From: an uncultured delta proteobacterium
Lineage (GTDB): Bacteria; Desulfobacterota; Binatia; UBA9968
Direction: 5' to 3'
NCBI GenBank assembly: GCA_963737905.1
Contig: CAVTUQ010000002.1
Span: forward strand, 416,001-480,000
Length of the DNA stretch: 64,000 nucleotides
The notes under the pieces were generated by a model. That model saw only the letters and a program-made list of their open reading frames with translations, was not told the origin of the DNA and made no database searches. A program made the translations under genes and the position numbers. Positions 29,705 through 39,056 of this stretch are shown here, piece after piece; position 1 is the first letter of the stretch; the number at the start of each line of letters is the position of its first letter.

Positions 29705-31537
29705 TTGGATACCGCTGCAATCAATGATTTAAACATCTGCGTCGCCACCGAGAACGGGTCGGGAAGCGCCTCCTCGAACAACGTACTCTTCAAGGCGATC
29801 TTTAAAATGGGTATTCCCTGTTCATCGAAGAATATGTTTCCATCGAACATTCAGGGCTTGCCCACCTGGTACCAAATTCGGGCTTCTGCGGAAGGCTATC
29901 TGAGCCGCAAGGACGTTATTGATGTGATGGTGATGTTCAATGACTCCACGGCCGCTAAGGACATTTACCGGGTCCGGGATGGCGGCGTGATTCTTTACGA
30001 CGATTCTACTCCTCTCCCACCTCATCTGAAACGTGACGGGGTTCAATACATAGGAGTTCCTGCCAATAAGTTAATCGCCAAGCTGGTACCCGCCTCACCC
30101 TTACGCGCCAAGCAACGTAACATGATCTACGTCGGCGCCTTGGCCTATCTCTTTGGCATCGACATGGAAGTGATAAAGGCGGTTCTCGAAGACACCTTCG
30201 GTAAAAAGCCAGCCGTCATCGAATCCAACTTAGTTTGCATCGACGCCGGATATCAATATCTGAAAGAAAAAGGGGTCACTCAAAATATTGCCCGTCTACA
30301 AGAAATCCCCAACGGTAACAAAGGGAAAATCATCACCGAGGGTAACACCGCAGCCGCATTGGGCGCAATTTACGGCGGCGCCTCGGTCATTTGTTGGTAT
30401 CCCATCACCCCATCGAGTTCCCTCGCTGAAGCGATGGAGTATTATCTGCCCCGACTGCGCAAACCCAAAGACGGTAAGCGAACCTATGCCATCGTACAGG
30501 CAGAAGATGAGATCGCGTCAGCAGGCATGGTCGCCGGCGCCGGATGGGCCGGAGCCCGCGCCATGACCTCCACTTCCGGGCCGGGGGTCTCTTTGATGAA
30601 CGAGACCATCGGCCTCGCCTACTATGCCGAGATTCCATGTGTATTTTTTATCATCCAGCGCGGCGGCCCCTCGACGGGTCTGCCGACACGGACGCAGCAG
30701 GCGGATATCTCTTTGATGTATGGCGCCTCCCACGGTGATACCCGACATATCATTTTAATCCCTCATGACATGAACTCCTGCTTTGATTTCGCGCGCCGGA
30801 GTTTCGATTTCGCCGATCGATTCCAGACGCCGGTTTTCGTGGCGATGGACCTCGACCTGGGTATGAATTTTTGGTCTTCCGAACCTCTCTATCTAGAAAA
30901 AGAACCCTACGACTACGGAAAGCGATTAAGTGCGGAACAACTTGAGGAATGGACCAAAGCCGGGAAAAAGTTCCGCCGTTACTTTGACCAGGACGGCGAC
31001 GGCATACCTTATCGGACCGTCCCCGGAAATCAGCACCGCATGGCCTCTTACTTCACACGCGGATCGGGCCACGACGCCGACGCCAAGTACTCCGAAGATG
31101 AAAATGACTATAAATACATTCTTGATCGACTGAAAAAGAAGTTTGATACCGCGCGAAAATTTGTTCCCAAGCCAATCGTCGAGAAGGAAAGAGGCGTCAA
31201 AACCGGGATTATCTGTTATGGTTCCAGCTCCGAAGCGGTGCGCGAGGCTCGCGACAGGTTAAAAACGCGGGGGTTGAAAACCAACCACATGTTAATCCGG
31301 GCTCTGCCGCTAACCAAAGAGGTCCGGGATTTCTTAGTGGAGCATGACACCGTTTACTTCGTGGAACAGAACCGCGATGCTCAAATGGCAGCAATCATCA
31401 AAGATGAAAATCCCGAGTTGGGAGCGAAGATTGTCAGTATACTCGTTTACAACGGTTTACCGATAACCCCAAAATCGGTTGTGGACCAGATTTTCGATGC
31501 GGCACAGTCAGCCGAACTAAAAACCGCACAGATGTAA
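29705..31537 (+). CDS. korA: 2-oxoacid:ferredoxin oxidoreductase alpha subunit (gamma-alpha fusion)
   Basis: WYPITPSS, QAEDEI, TSTSGPG and QRGGPSTGLPTR motifs; substrate specificity not determinable. Confidence 0.9.
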   Translation: MDTAAINDLNICVATENGSGSASSNNVLFKAIFKMGIPCSSKNMFPSNIQGLPTWYQIRASAEGYLSRKDVIDVMVMFNDSTAAKDIYRVRDGGVILYDDSTPLPPHLKRDGVQYIGVPANKLIAKLVPASPLRAKQRNMIYVGALAYLFGIDMEVIKAVLEDTFGKKPAVIESNLVCIDAGYQYLKEKGVTQNIARLQEIPNGNKGKIITEGNTAAALGAIYGGASVICWYPITPSSSLAEAMEYYLPRLRKPKDGKRTYAIVQAEDEIASAGMVAGAGWAGARAMTSTSGPGVSLMNETIGLAYYAEIPCVFFIIQRGGPSTGLPTRTQQADISLMYGASHGDTRHIILIPHDMNSCFDFARRSFDFADRFQTPVFVAMDLDLGMNFWSSEPLYLEKEPYDYGKRLSAEQLEEWTKAGKKFRRYFDQDGDGIPYRTVPGNQHRMASYFTRGSGHDADAKYSEDENDYKYILDRLKKKFDTARKFVPKPIVEKERGVKTGIICYGSSSEAVREARDRLKTRGLKTNHMLIRALPLTKEVRDFLVEHDTVYFVEQNRDAQMAAIIKDENPELGAKIVSILVYNGLPITPKSVVDQIFDAAQSAELKTAQM

Positions 31538-31547
31538 GGATAGAATC

Positions 31548-32576
31548 ATGGCAGAAGCAAAACTAAATCGGATTAACCTAACGGAAAAGGATTATGAAGG
31601 GGCGCCCTCGACTATGTGCCGAGGCTGCGGCCACGACGCGATTTCAGCGTCGGTCATGCGCGCGTATTTCGAAAACAGCATTGATCCTCGCAAGGTGGTT
31701 AAATTGAGTGGTATCGGCTGTTCCTCGAAAACGCCCGCCTATTTTCTGAGTCAATCATTCGGCTTTAATGCCGTTCACGGGAGAATGTCAGCCGTTGCAA
31801 CCGGCGCCAATCTGGCCAACCACGCGTTGATGCCTATAGGAGTTTCCGGCGATGGAGACACCTCTGCTATTGGCTTGGGCAACTTTTGCCACATGATGCG
31901 GCGTAACGTGAATATCACTTACATCATAGAGAATAATGGCGTTTACGGACTAACCAAAGGCCAATTTTCCGCCACTGCTGATGTCGGGTCCGTCATGAAA
32001 GGCGGAAAGGTCAATGACATTCCAGCCATCGACATGGCCGAGTTGGCAATTACACTTGGAGCCACTTACGTCGCCCGTAGCTTTTCCGGCGATCGCAAAC
32101 AGCTCACCCCTTTGATCCAAGGTGCCCTCGCTCATCAGGGGAGCGCCATCCTCGACGTTATTAGCCCCTGTGTGACCTTCAACAACCATGAAGGATCCAC
32201 CAAGAGCCTCAAGTATGCTAAAGGCCACCTCGACCCGATCCATGACATCGATTTCATTCCGCCCTACGAAAATATCGAAGCCGATTATGATGAAGGAACG
32301 GATCACGCGGTGGAATTGCACGACGGCTCGCACATCATTTTGCACAAGCTAAGTAAAGACTACGATCCCACCAATAAGATGCAAGCGATCTCAGCGATCC
32401 ACGCGGCCATCGCCGAAGGTAAGTTCTTGACGGGCCTGATTTACTATAACCCGAATCGCAAGGAGTTTGCCGAAGAATTGAATCTCTGCGACATACCGTT
32501 ATCTGAATTGACCCAGGATGATCTTCAGCCACCACTAGAAGCGCTGGAGAGAATCAACGCCGAAATGATGAAGTAA
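31548..32576 (+). CDS. korB: 2-oxoacid:ferredoxin oxidoreductase beta subunit
   Basis: C.GCGH, SGIGCSS, GDGD...NNGVYGLTKGQ TPP motif and SPCVTFN. Confidence 0.9.
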   Translation: MAEAKLNRINLTEKDYEGAPSTMCRGCGHDAISASVMRAYFENSIDPRKVVKLSGIGCSSKTPAYFLSQSFGFNAVHGRMSAVATGANLANHALMPIGVSGDGDTSAIGLGNFCHMMRRNVNITYIIENNGVYGLTKGQFSATADVGSVMKGGKVNDIPAIDMAELAITLGATYVARSFSGDRKQLTPLIQGALAHQGSAILDVISPCVTFNNHEGSTKSLKYAKGHLDPIHDIDFIPPYENIEADYDEGTDHAVELHDGSHIILHKLSKDYDPTNKMQAISAIHAAIAEGKFLTGLIYYNPNRKEFAEELNLCDIPLSELTQDDLQPPLEALERINAEMMK

Positions 32577-32596
32577 AATACAGGCTCTTAAACGCA

Positions 32597-32627
32597 AAAG
32601 GCCTGGTAGAATTCCTAGCAGGCCTTT
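32597..32627. terminator. Hairpin between convergent genes, probable bidirectional terminator
   Basis: AAAGGCCTG.TAG-aattc-CTA.CAGGCCTTT inverted repeat. Confidence 0.65.
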
Positions 32628-32661
32628 CGATTGACGCCTTGAGCAGCTTGTCGAACCGTAA

Positions 32662-33309
32662 TTATAACCCCACCGCCTGTTTCTCCAGCCCTTTCCACGT
32701 CTCGATGATCTCGCTGGAAGACGCCACCAAGCCAAAGTGACGTCGCATGTTCTCCAAGGTGCCCAAGTGTAGCTTCGCTTCGTAGGCAGCGGAACAATCA
32801 TCGATCATGGTCACGTAATAATCATAGATATAAGCGTCGCGCGCCGTGGTTTCGACACAAACATTGGTCGCGACCCCGCACACGAGAACGCTCTGAATGT
32901 TGCGTGCCTTGAGCACCGTGTTTAGGTCCGTGTTGATAAAGGCACTGTAGCGATGTTTGATTACCACTCTCTCAGTCGGTAACGGTGCAATGCCGTCATA
33001 GAGCTCCGCGCCCCAGGTTCCTTCTCGGCAAGTGTTCAAGCCGCTCTTTTGTGAGTTCCGATAGATCCAAGAAGGCGTGTCGGTCCATTCGCTGTGCGTC
33101 GTCCTAATGTAAACAACAGTCAGGCCAACGCGCCGCGCTTCATTGATGAGCCGCAGAAGGTTCGGCACCATCGCTAACGCCGCGCTCACATCCTCACCTC
33201 GCTTTCCGGCACTGCCCTCCGGACTGACGAAATCGTTCTGTACGTCGACGACAATTAGTGCCGCGTATTTCGGATCACAGCGCTCTTTGAGGGTTCGCAA
33301 AACGTCCAT
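32662..33309 (-). CDS. Isochorismatase-family cysteine hydrolase (RutB-like)
   Basis: VVDVQNDF, KHRYSAF and GVATNVCVETTAR triad (D/K/C). Confidence 0.9.
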   Translation of the reverse strand: MDVLRTLKERCDPKYAALIVVDVQNDFVSPEGSAGKRGEDVSAALAMVPNLLRLINEARRVGLTVVYIRTTHSEWTDTPSWIYRNSQKSGLNTCREGTWGAELYDGIAPLPTERVVIKHRYSAFINTDLNTVLKARNIQSVLVCGVATNVCVETTARDAYIYDYYVTMIDDCSAAYEAKLHLGTLENMRRHFGLVASSSEIIETWKGLEKQAVGL

Positions 33310-33330
33310 CGCTTTTTCCCTTCCAAAACC

Positions 33331-33388
33331 GAGGATTGAGGATGGAGGGTCGAGGATGGCGATCCTCGATCCTCCATCCTCCATCGTC
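33331..33388. repeat. Inverted heptamer tandem-repeat element
   Basis: (GAGGATT GAGGATG GAGGGTC GAGGATG) GC (GATCCTC GATCCTC CATCCTC CATCGTC). Confidence 0.8.
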
Positions 33389-33396
33389 TGTTTCCG

Positions 33397-34386
33397 TTAG
33401 TGGTCGTGTTTTTTTTGCAATCCGCCGTGTCCAAGGGTCATGATATCCGCACGGGTAATTTTCTCTCCCGCTAACAACCTGGGCAACAATATATCGAAGG
33501 CGGTGAATGGATCATGGAGTACGCAACCCGATAACCCCAAGACCGGCGTTTCGTTCAAATAAGCCATGACAAACATCGAGCCAGGCAGAATAGGAAATCC
33601 ATGCGACTCCACTTTTGCGCCGCTGCGACGGATTCCTTCGGGCGTTTTGTCGTCCGGATCGACGGACATGCCGCCGCTCACTAGAATGATCTCAGCACCT
33701 GCCCCCTGCGCATTCTTAATGAGCTCGGAAATCTGATCCGGATCATCCGTCGCGAGCTGCTTGTCCGCAAGATCGGAGCCCATGTCGGAGACTTTCCTTC
33801 GTACCACGGGTTCGAAACCGTCTTTGATTCGGCCGGAATAAACTTCACTGCCGGTTACGATCAAATGAACCTTCCGCGGCGGCATTGGCAACACTGTCAC
33901 GATCGGGTGATCCTTGCACAGCGCTTCGGCTTGCTGGATCAAAGCCTCTTTCACAACCACCGGGATGGTTCGGGTGCCCGCCACCACGTCGCCTTGCCTC
34001 ACGTAACGGTTCGACGGCAAGGTGGCCATCATTAGATCGCCCAAGGAATTGAAGCGATAGAGAAGATCAGCGTCGACCTTCAGCAAGCCTGATATCTCTG
34101 CTACCAGATTGACCCGACCCTCCACCGGGTCGGTCAATTTGAGATTTGGACCCGCGGCCGCCTTGGCCAATCGACGCGCTGCGTCTTCTTCATGGAGCTC
34201 ATCTTTTTCAAGCTCCATGACATACAGATGTCGTTTCCCCACGTCGAGCAGTTTCGAAATATCTTCGTTCCGCACGATGTGGCCACGCCGAAAGGCGGGA
34301 CCTTTATGCTTGCCGGGCACGATCTCGGTGATATCGTGGGCTAGTGGCATCCCTATGGCTTCTTCTACAGGAATGACTTTCAACAT
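33397..34386 (-). CDS. Molybdopterin-binding protein (MoeA/MoCF-biosynthesis-like)
   Basis: LAHDITEI.PG, TGSEVY.GRI.D, SGGMSVDPDD.TP and PGSMF motifs. Confidence 0.88.
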   Translation of the reverse strand: MLKVIPVEEAIGMPLAHDITEIVPGKHKGPAFRRGHIVRNEDISKLLDVGKRHLYVMELEKDELHEEDAARRLAKAAAGPNLKLTDPVEGRVNLVAEISGLLKVDADLLYRFNSLGDLMMATLPSNRYVRQGDVVAGTRTIPVVVKEALIQQAEALCKDHPIVTVLPMPPRKVHLIVTGSEVYSGRIKDGFEPVVRRKVSDMGSDLADKQLATDDPDQISELIKNAQGAGAEIILVSGGMSVDPDDKTPEGIRRSGAKVESHGFPILPGSMFVMAYLNETPVLGLSGCVLHDPFTAFDILLPRLLAGEKITRADIMTLGHGGLQKKHDH

Positions 34387-34506
34387 TACTGCAATCTCCT
34401 TGAAACCCTCTAACAAATACTGCCCAATTTTTCCACCCGGTGACGACCTTGTCCAGCGTCATCCAAGACCTCGAACTAGGTAGGCCGACTGATTTCAGCT
34501 TTCCAA

Positions 34507-35853
34507 TCAATCTCGATGCAGAAGCTCCGATTTGACGGCGGGCTCCGCTTCTTTTTTTTCGACGGTAGTCACGAGCACTTTGTCGATCCGCTTCCCGTCC
34601 ATATCGACGACCTCAAAGCGCAAATCGTTCCATTCAAACGATTCGGCTACGGACGGAACGCGTCCCATCTGTGTAAACACGAAACCGCCCAAAGTCTGGT
34701 AGGCGTCTTTTTTTTCTCCAGGTAAGCTTTCCAGATGAAAGATTTCTCTAAATTCGTCTACGCTGAGCATGCCGTCCAACAGCCACGAGCCATCGTGGCG
34801 CTGCACGGCTTTCGGATCGTTAGGCTTCGCGCCCAAAGGCATGTCGCCGGCAATGGCCTCTAGAATATCATGGTGCGTCAATAAGCCCTCGATGCCTCCA
34901 TATTCGTCAACCGCCAACGCAATATGCTTGCCGGACGTCTTGAAGGATTCCAATAAGGCCAAGACAGAAATCGTCCTGGGAACAAACAGCGGCTGTTGTA
35001 TCAGAGCTTTCAGATCCAACGGCTTTCCCGCTAAACTCATCGCCAATAAATCTTTCGCTTGCACTATGCCGGTGACATTGTCGAGAGTTTCGGTTGCTAC
35101 TGGAAACCGGGAATGACCGCTTTGAATGATTTTCTCGCGAATCTGCTCCATGGTGTCTCCAAGATCGATCCACGCAATCTTTGTTCTTGGCGTTATGAGC
35201 GACCGGGCGGTTTTATCGCCCAGACGAAGCACGGCTTCCATCATGTCTTGCTCCGATTCTTCGAATACACCCGCCTCAGTGCCTTGTTGAACCAAAGTTT
35301 TGATCTCTTCCTCCGTAACCGACGCTTCTTGAGCCTGCTGTTTCCCAAAGAGGTAACACACCGCGTCAGTGGAAATACTCAGGATATGAACCATCGGGGA
35401 GAATATCTTCGAGAGCCAGCGGAGGGGAAACGCGACGACGGTCGCGACTCTCTCGGGATAGCGCGCAGCGAGACGCTTGGGAATCAATTGACCCACGACG
35501 AGCAAAAAGTAGGTGATGCCAAGGACAACCAACGCCAAGGCTATGGCCCGGCTATAGGGTTCAACGACGGGAAAAAAGGCGATCAACGCCGCCAGGTGGT
35601 CCGCAAGAGCTCTTCCCCCCAATGCGCCCACCGAGATAACGATCAAGGTGATGCCTATTTGTACCGCCAATAAGAAACGGTTGGGTGTGTTGGCAAGTTC
35701 CAAAGCTGCTTTTGCCCTCGTATTGCCCTTGCCCGCCCAGTCCTGAAGCCTTGACTTTCGCGCTGTAACCACGGCCATTTCGGACAGGGCGAACACACCG
35801 TTAGCCAAAATAAGCAACGCAATTGTGAGCACATCTATCCCGATTTCCGACAT
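34507..35853 (-). CDS. HlyC/CorC (CNNM) family CBS-domain transporter
   Basis: NGVFALSEMA, TM region, HSRFPV, VDEYGG and CorC C-terminus (YQTLGGF, DMDGKRIDKV). Confidence 0.92.
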   Translation of the reverse strand: MSEIGIDVLTIALLILANGVFALSEMAVVTARKSRLQDWAGKGNTRAKAALELANTPNRFLLAVQIGITLIVISVGALGGRALADHLAALIAFFPVVEPYSRAIALALVVLGITYFLLVVGQLIPKRLAARYPERVATVVAFPLRWLSKIFSPMVHILSISTDAVCYLFGKQQAQEASVTEEEIKTLVQQGTEAGVFEESEQDMMEAVLRLGDKTARSLITPRTKIAWIDLGDTMEQIREKIIQSGHSRFPVATETLDNVTGIVQAKDLLAMSLAGKPLDLKALIQQPLFVPRTISVLALLESFKTSGKHIALAVDEYGGIEGLLTHHDILEAIAGDMPLGAKPNDPKAVQRHDGSWLLDGMLSVDEFREIFHLESLPGEKKDAYQTLGGFVFTQMGRVPSVAESFEWNDLRFEVVDMDGKRIDKVLVTTVEKKEAEPAVKSELLHRD

Positions 35854-36030
35854 TCTTACTAACTCCTCTCCCTCCAGCATGGGAAGGGAAACGATGGCGA
35901 TTGAAGGACACAGCCAGGAATGCTTTGAAAACCGATTGTATCGTCGCATATGTGCAATGCAAAAGCGAAAGCCCGGGATTAGTCACATTTCTGCACTGGT
36001 TTGTCAAGAATCTCTTCTTTTTTCACGGGC

Positions 36031-36070
36031 TTGACATAGAACCGCAACAGTCCTATATCGGATTTCGATA
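36031..36070 (+). promoter_or_regulatory. Sigma70 promoter with an overlapping palindromic operator
   Basis: TTGACA (36031)-N17-TATATC; inverted repeat TATCG-gattt-CGATA at 36056-36070 covers the -10 and start region. Confidence 0.6.
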
Positions 36071-36075
36071 ACGAA

Positions 36076-36207
36076 ATGCAGAAGACTACAGAGAAAGAGA
36101 GCCGAAATCGGGCCACGCCTTTGGGGCGCAAGGTTCTGATAGCCGCTAGAGAGAAGGTTATTGAACTTTTCGGTGAGCTCTTGGAGGATGAGCTGTTGAG
36201 GTCATGA
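36076..36207 (+). pseudogene. PadR-family regulator remnant (43 aa, C-terminal helix only)
   Basis: MQKTTEKESRNRATPLGRKVLIAAREKVIELFGELLEDE resembles the PadR Y..TP.GR..L...V.ELFGEL tail; winged HTH is absent. Confidence 0.55.
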
Positions 36208-36232
36208 GGCCCAGGAGTCAGAGGAGGATAGG

Positions 36233-36792
36233 ATGAAATATCTTTGGGGCATTGTAGCGCTGTCCGTGGTCGTGTTTCTTTTTCTTATTGTGAGACTCCT
36301 TAGCCTCGGCAATGAAATCGGGGCACTGGATCAAGAAACGGCCGTGAATTAGCCGCCATCCAAGATTCTCTCAAGCGCGCGCAAGCCGATCTCGCAAGCG
36401 CAAAGGAAACAGTCCCGGGCTTGGGAGAGTATATGACCACGATCCAACTACACATGGGAAAACTCTGGTTTGCGGCCAAGGCTCACAATTGGGAACTGGC
36501 AGGATACGAGCTTGACGAGCTTAAGGAGACGATGGAAGCGGCGAAGGGCCTCAACGCCGAGAAAAACGGAGTCAAGATATCGGGTGTTCTCGATTCTGTT
36601 CTCCAGACCCAGGTTGCCCAACTGGCCGAATCGATAAAGCGCAAAAAACCGGCGGAATTCCAGAAGTCGTACGATGAAACTTTAAGCGCATGCAACGGAT
36701 GCCACACTGAAGCTGGCTACAAGTTTATCCATATCGTCCGCCCGAATGCTCCGCCTGTCACCAACCAAAGATGGGAGCCGTCAAACAAATAG
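36233..36792 (+). CDS. Membrane-anchored monoheme c-type cytochrome-like protein; frameshift near 36335
   Basis: RBS GAGGAGG, N-terminal TM helix (MKYLWGIVALSVVVFLFLIV), coiled coil, PGLGEYM..IQ.H..KLWFA, single C-terminal CNGCH. Confidence 0.7.
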
Positions 36793-36824
36793 AGAAATAA
36801 CAAACCAAAGGAGATACTCGAAGC

Positions 36825-37202
36825 ATGGCTCGACTACAACCGGCTCAAAACAATCAACTGAAGGCGCTGCAGAAGGAGTTCAAGCGACTGCAAAAAAAAT
36901 TGCAGGCGATCCATAAAAAAACCGGATACGAAGATCTCGCACATGGAGTGCTTGCTCTCGAAATCGCTGAGCACACGGTGGAAGAGACCTTGGAGCACAC
37001 CGGACTCGGCGGCGAGATCGAGCACCGACCGGATTCGAAAGCCTACCGTCAAGCAAAACAGTGGTTGAACACCGTCAAAAAAATAAAAGATCAGGGCAAC
37101 AAATTTCTTAGGGCTCATCCGAGCGAGGATTTGGAAACGGCTTTAAAGGCATTGGAAATCGCCGAGGGTTCGCTCGAAGAGGTCGCCGAACGCTATGAAT
37201 GA
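36825..37202 (+). CDS. Hypothetical all-helical protein with an internal duplication
   Basis: RBS AAGGAG; EDLAHGVLALEIAEHTVEE and EDLETALKALEIAEGSLEE repeats; stop overlaps the chrA start. Confidence 0.8.
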   Translation: MARLQPAQNNQLKALQKEFKRLQKKLQAIHKKTGYEDLAHGVLALEIAEHTVEETLEHTGLGGEIEHRPDSKAYRQAKQWLNTVKKIKDQGNKFLRAHPSEDLETALKALEIAEGSLEEVAERYE

Positions 37203-38427
37203 ACATGTCGAGATTGCCATGGACGAAGTCGTCCCTACCCAGCGGCAGGTTTCACTTCTGGAGATTCTTTGGGTGTCCACAAGATTGGGGCTGACCTCTT
37301 TCGGCGGTCCAATCGCACACCTCGGCTACTTCCACGAGGAATACGTGAAACGGAGAAAGTGGGTCGATGAGCAAAGCTACGCTGATCTCGTCGCCCTATG
37401 CCAATCTCTGCCTGGCCCGACGAGCAGCATGGTGGGGAGCGCAATAGGATTTGCCCGCGCCGGTTTGCTCGGAGGCTTCGTGCACTGGCTTGGTTTCACC
37501 TTACCATCGGCGCTTGCGTTGATCGCCTTTGCGTACGGAATCGAAGTCGTTGGCACTGCAGACGACGCCGGCTGGTTGCACGGGTTGAAACTAGTCGCCG
37601 TGCCGGTCGTTGCTCTGGCGCTCTGGGGGATGGCGCGTACACTTTGTCCCGATCGCGAGCGCGCAACCCTCGCAATTCTCACCGCGATCGTCGCGTTAGC
37701 ATGGCCAACTGCCGTTGGGCAGGTTCTTCCAATTGCTGCCGCTGGCCTCATCGGCTGGTGGTTTTTCCCGCCGGCAAACATACCTTCGGCGCTTCACATT
37801 CGGGTGCCGATTAGCCGTCAGACCGGGATAGTTTGCTGGATAATTTTCTTTGGCCTTCTGCTCGTCCTCCCCTTGTTACGTCAAGTGGTTGCCAATCAAA
37901 CGTTAGCGGTCTTCGATAGTTTCTTCCGCGCGGGTGCTCTTGTTTTCGGTGGCGGCCACGTTGTCCTGCCCTTATTACAGGCCGGAGTTGTGGTCCCGCG
38001 ATGGGTAACAAACGATCAGTTCGTTGCCGGCTACGGCGCTGCGCAAGCGGTTCCCGGTCCGCTATTCACGTTCTCCGCCTATCTCGGATTTGTTATGCAG
38101 CCAGAGCCTAATGGCCTGAGTGGAGCGGCTCTGGCGCTCGTTGCGATTTTCCTCCCAGGTATCCTGATGACTGCTGGTTCGTTGCCATTCTGGGACTTGC
38201 TCCGCACACGGGCTAGTTTTCAATCTGCGATCCGCGGCATCAACGCAGCTGTGGTAGGTCTTCTGCTTGCGGCTTTTTACAATCCTGTTTGGACGAGCGC
38301 GATTTCTAAACCGCTGGATTTCGGGCTTGGCTTGTTCGCATTCGGATTGTTGGCTTTTTGGAAGCTGCCGCCCTGGCTGGTCGTTGCGCTGACTGCTCTG
38401 GGAGGAGAAGTGATAGCTCGGATTTAA
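37195..38427 (+). CDS. chrA: Chromate efflux transporter (long-chain CHR)
   Basis: GLTSFGGP, LPGP, FGGGHVVLPLL and AQAVPGP duplicated CHR motifs. Confidence 0.92.
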   Translation: MNEHVEIAMDEVVPTQRQVSLLEILWVSTRLGLTSFGGPIAHLGYFHEEYVKRRKWVDEQSYADLVALCQSLPGPTSSMVGSAIGFARAGLLGGFVHWLGFTLPSALALIAFAYGIEVVGTADDAGWLHGLKLVAVPVVALALWGMARTLCPDRERATLAILTAIVALAWPTAVGQVLPIAAAGLIGWWFFPPANIPSALHIRVPISRQTGIVCWIIFFGLLLVLPLLRQVVANQTLAVFDSFFRAGALVFGGGHVVLPLLQAGVVVPRWVTNDQFVAGYGAAQAVPGPLFTFSAYLGFVMQPEPNGLSGAALALVAIFLPGILMTAGSLPFWDLLRTRASFQSAIRGINAAVVGLLLAAFYNPVWTSAISKPLDFGLGLFAFGLLAFWKLPPWLVVALTALGGEVIARI

Positions 38428-38538
38428 GAGACTCTGTACGACAAGGCCGCATCAGGCTCGATTCGTGAGCAGCCTTTCGAAAGAAGGGTAATCGGCAGGG
38501 TTGTCGCAAGCGTTTCAAAAACATTAAGGAGGAGATTT

Positions 38539-38964
38539 ATGAACCAAGATAGTCTAGTCAACAATCTTAGCTTTCGCGTGCACCACACGATGCTGCCGGT
38601 GGCTGATCTCGACCGATCCATTGGGTTCTACACGCGCCTGCTCGGCATGAAACTGAAAGAGCGCCACGCCAGCGAAGCGCGGAAGGTGGAAGTCGGTTTG
38701 ATCGGATATGGCGACGAAGCGAGCACGCCGTTCCTGGAATTGATCAAAGACACGAGGGAGAACGCGCCGCAGGTGACACCGGCCAACATTCACATCGGGA
38801 TCGACACCAGCAACCTGCGTCAGCTCTGCACCATCCTTGAAAAGCAAGGCGTAACGTTCATTCGTCCATTCAAACAGCGCTCCGACGGCATGGGGTTTAG
38901 CGCCTGGATCCGTGATCCCGACGGCCACGAGCTTGAGCTCGCCGAACGGCATCCAAGCGTGTAA
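38539..38964 (+). CDS. VOC/glyoxalase I-like protein
   Basis: HHTML.V.DLDRSI.FY..LLGM, LELI, HIG and DPDGHELEL motifs. Confidence 0.88.
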   Translation: MNQDSLVNNLSFRVHHTMLPVADLDRSIGFYTRLLGMKLKERHASEARKVEVGLIGYGDEASTPFLELIKDTRENAPQVTPANIHIGIDTSNLRQLCTILEKQGVTFIRPFKQRSDGMGFSAWIRDPDGHELELAERHPSV

Positions 38965-39056
38965 TCGCGTAGCCGTTATCGGTTGGCAGCGGGGCATTGT
39001 GTCCCGCAGAGTTCGCGCTAGACTTTTTTGGATAGTTGGTCACAGAAGGTGACTTC

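Noticed and set aside
33310-33400. ORF extensions MEDGGSRIAILDPPSS on both strands
   Set aside because: Artefact of translating the inverted heptamer repeat.
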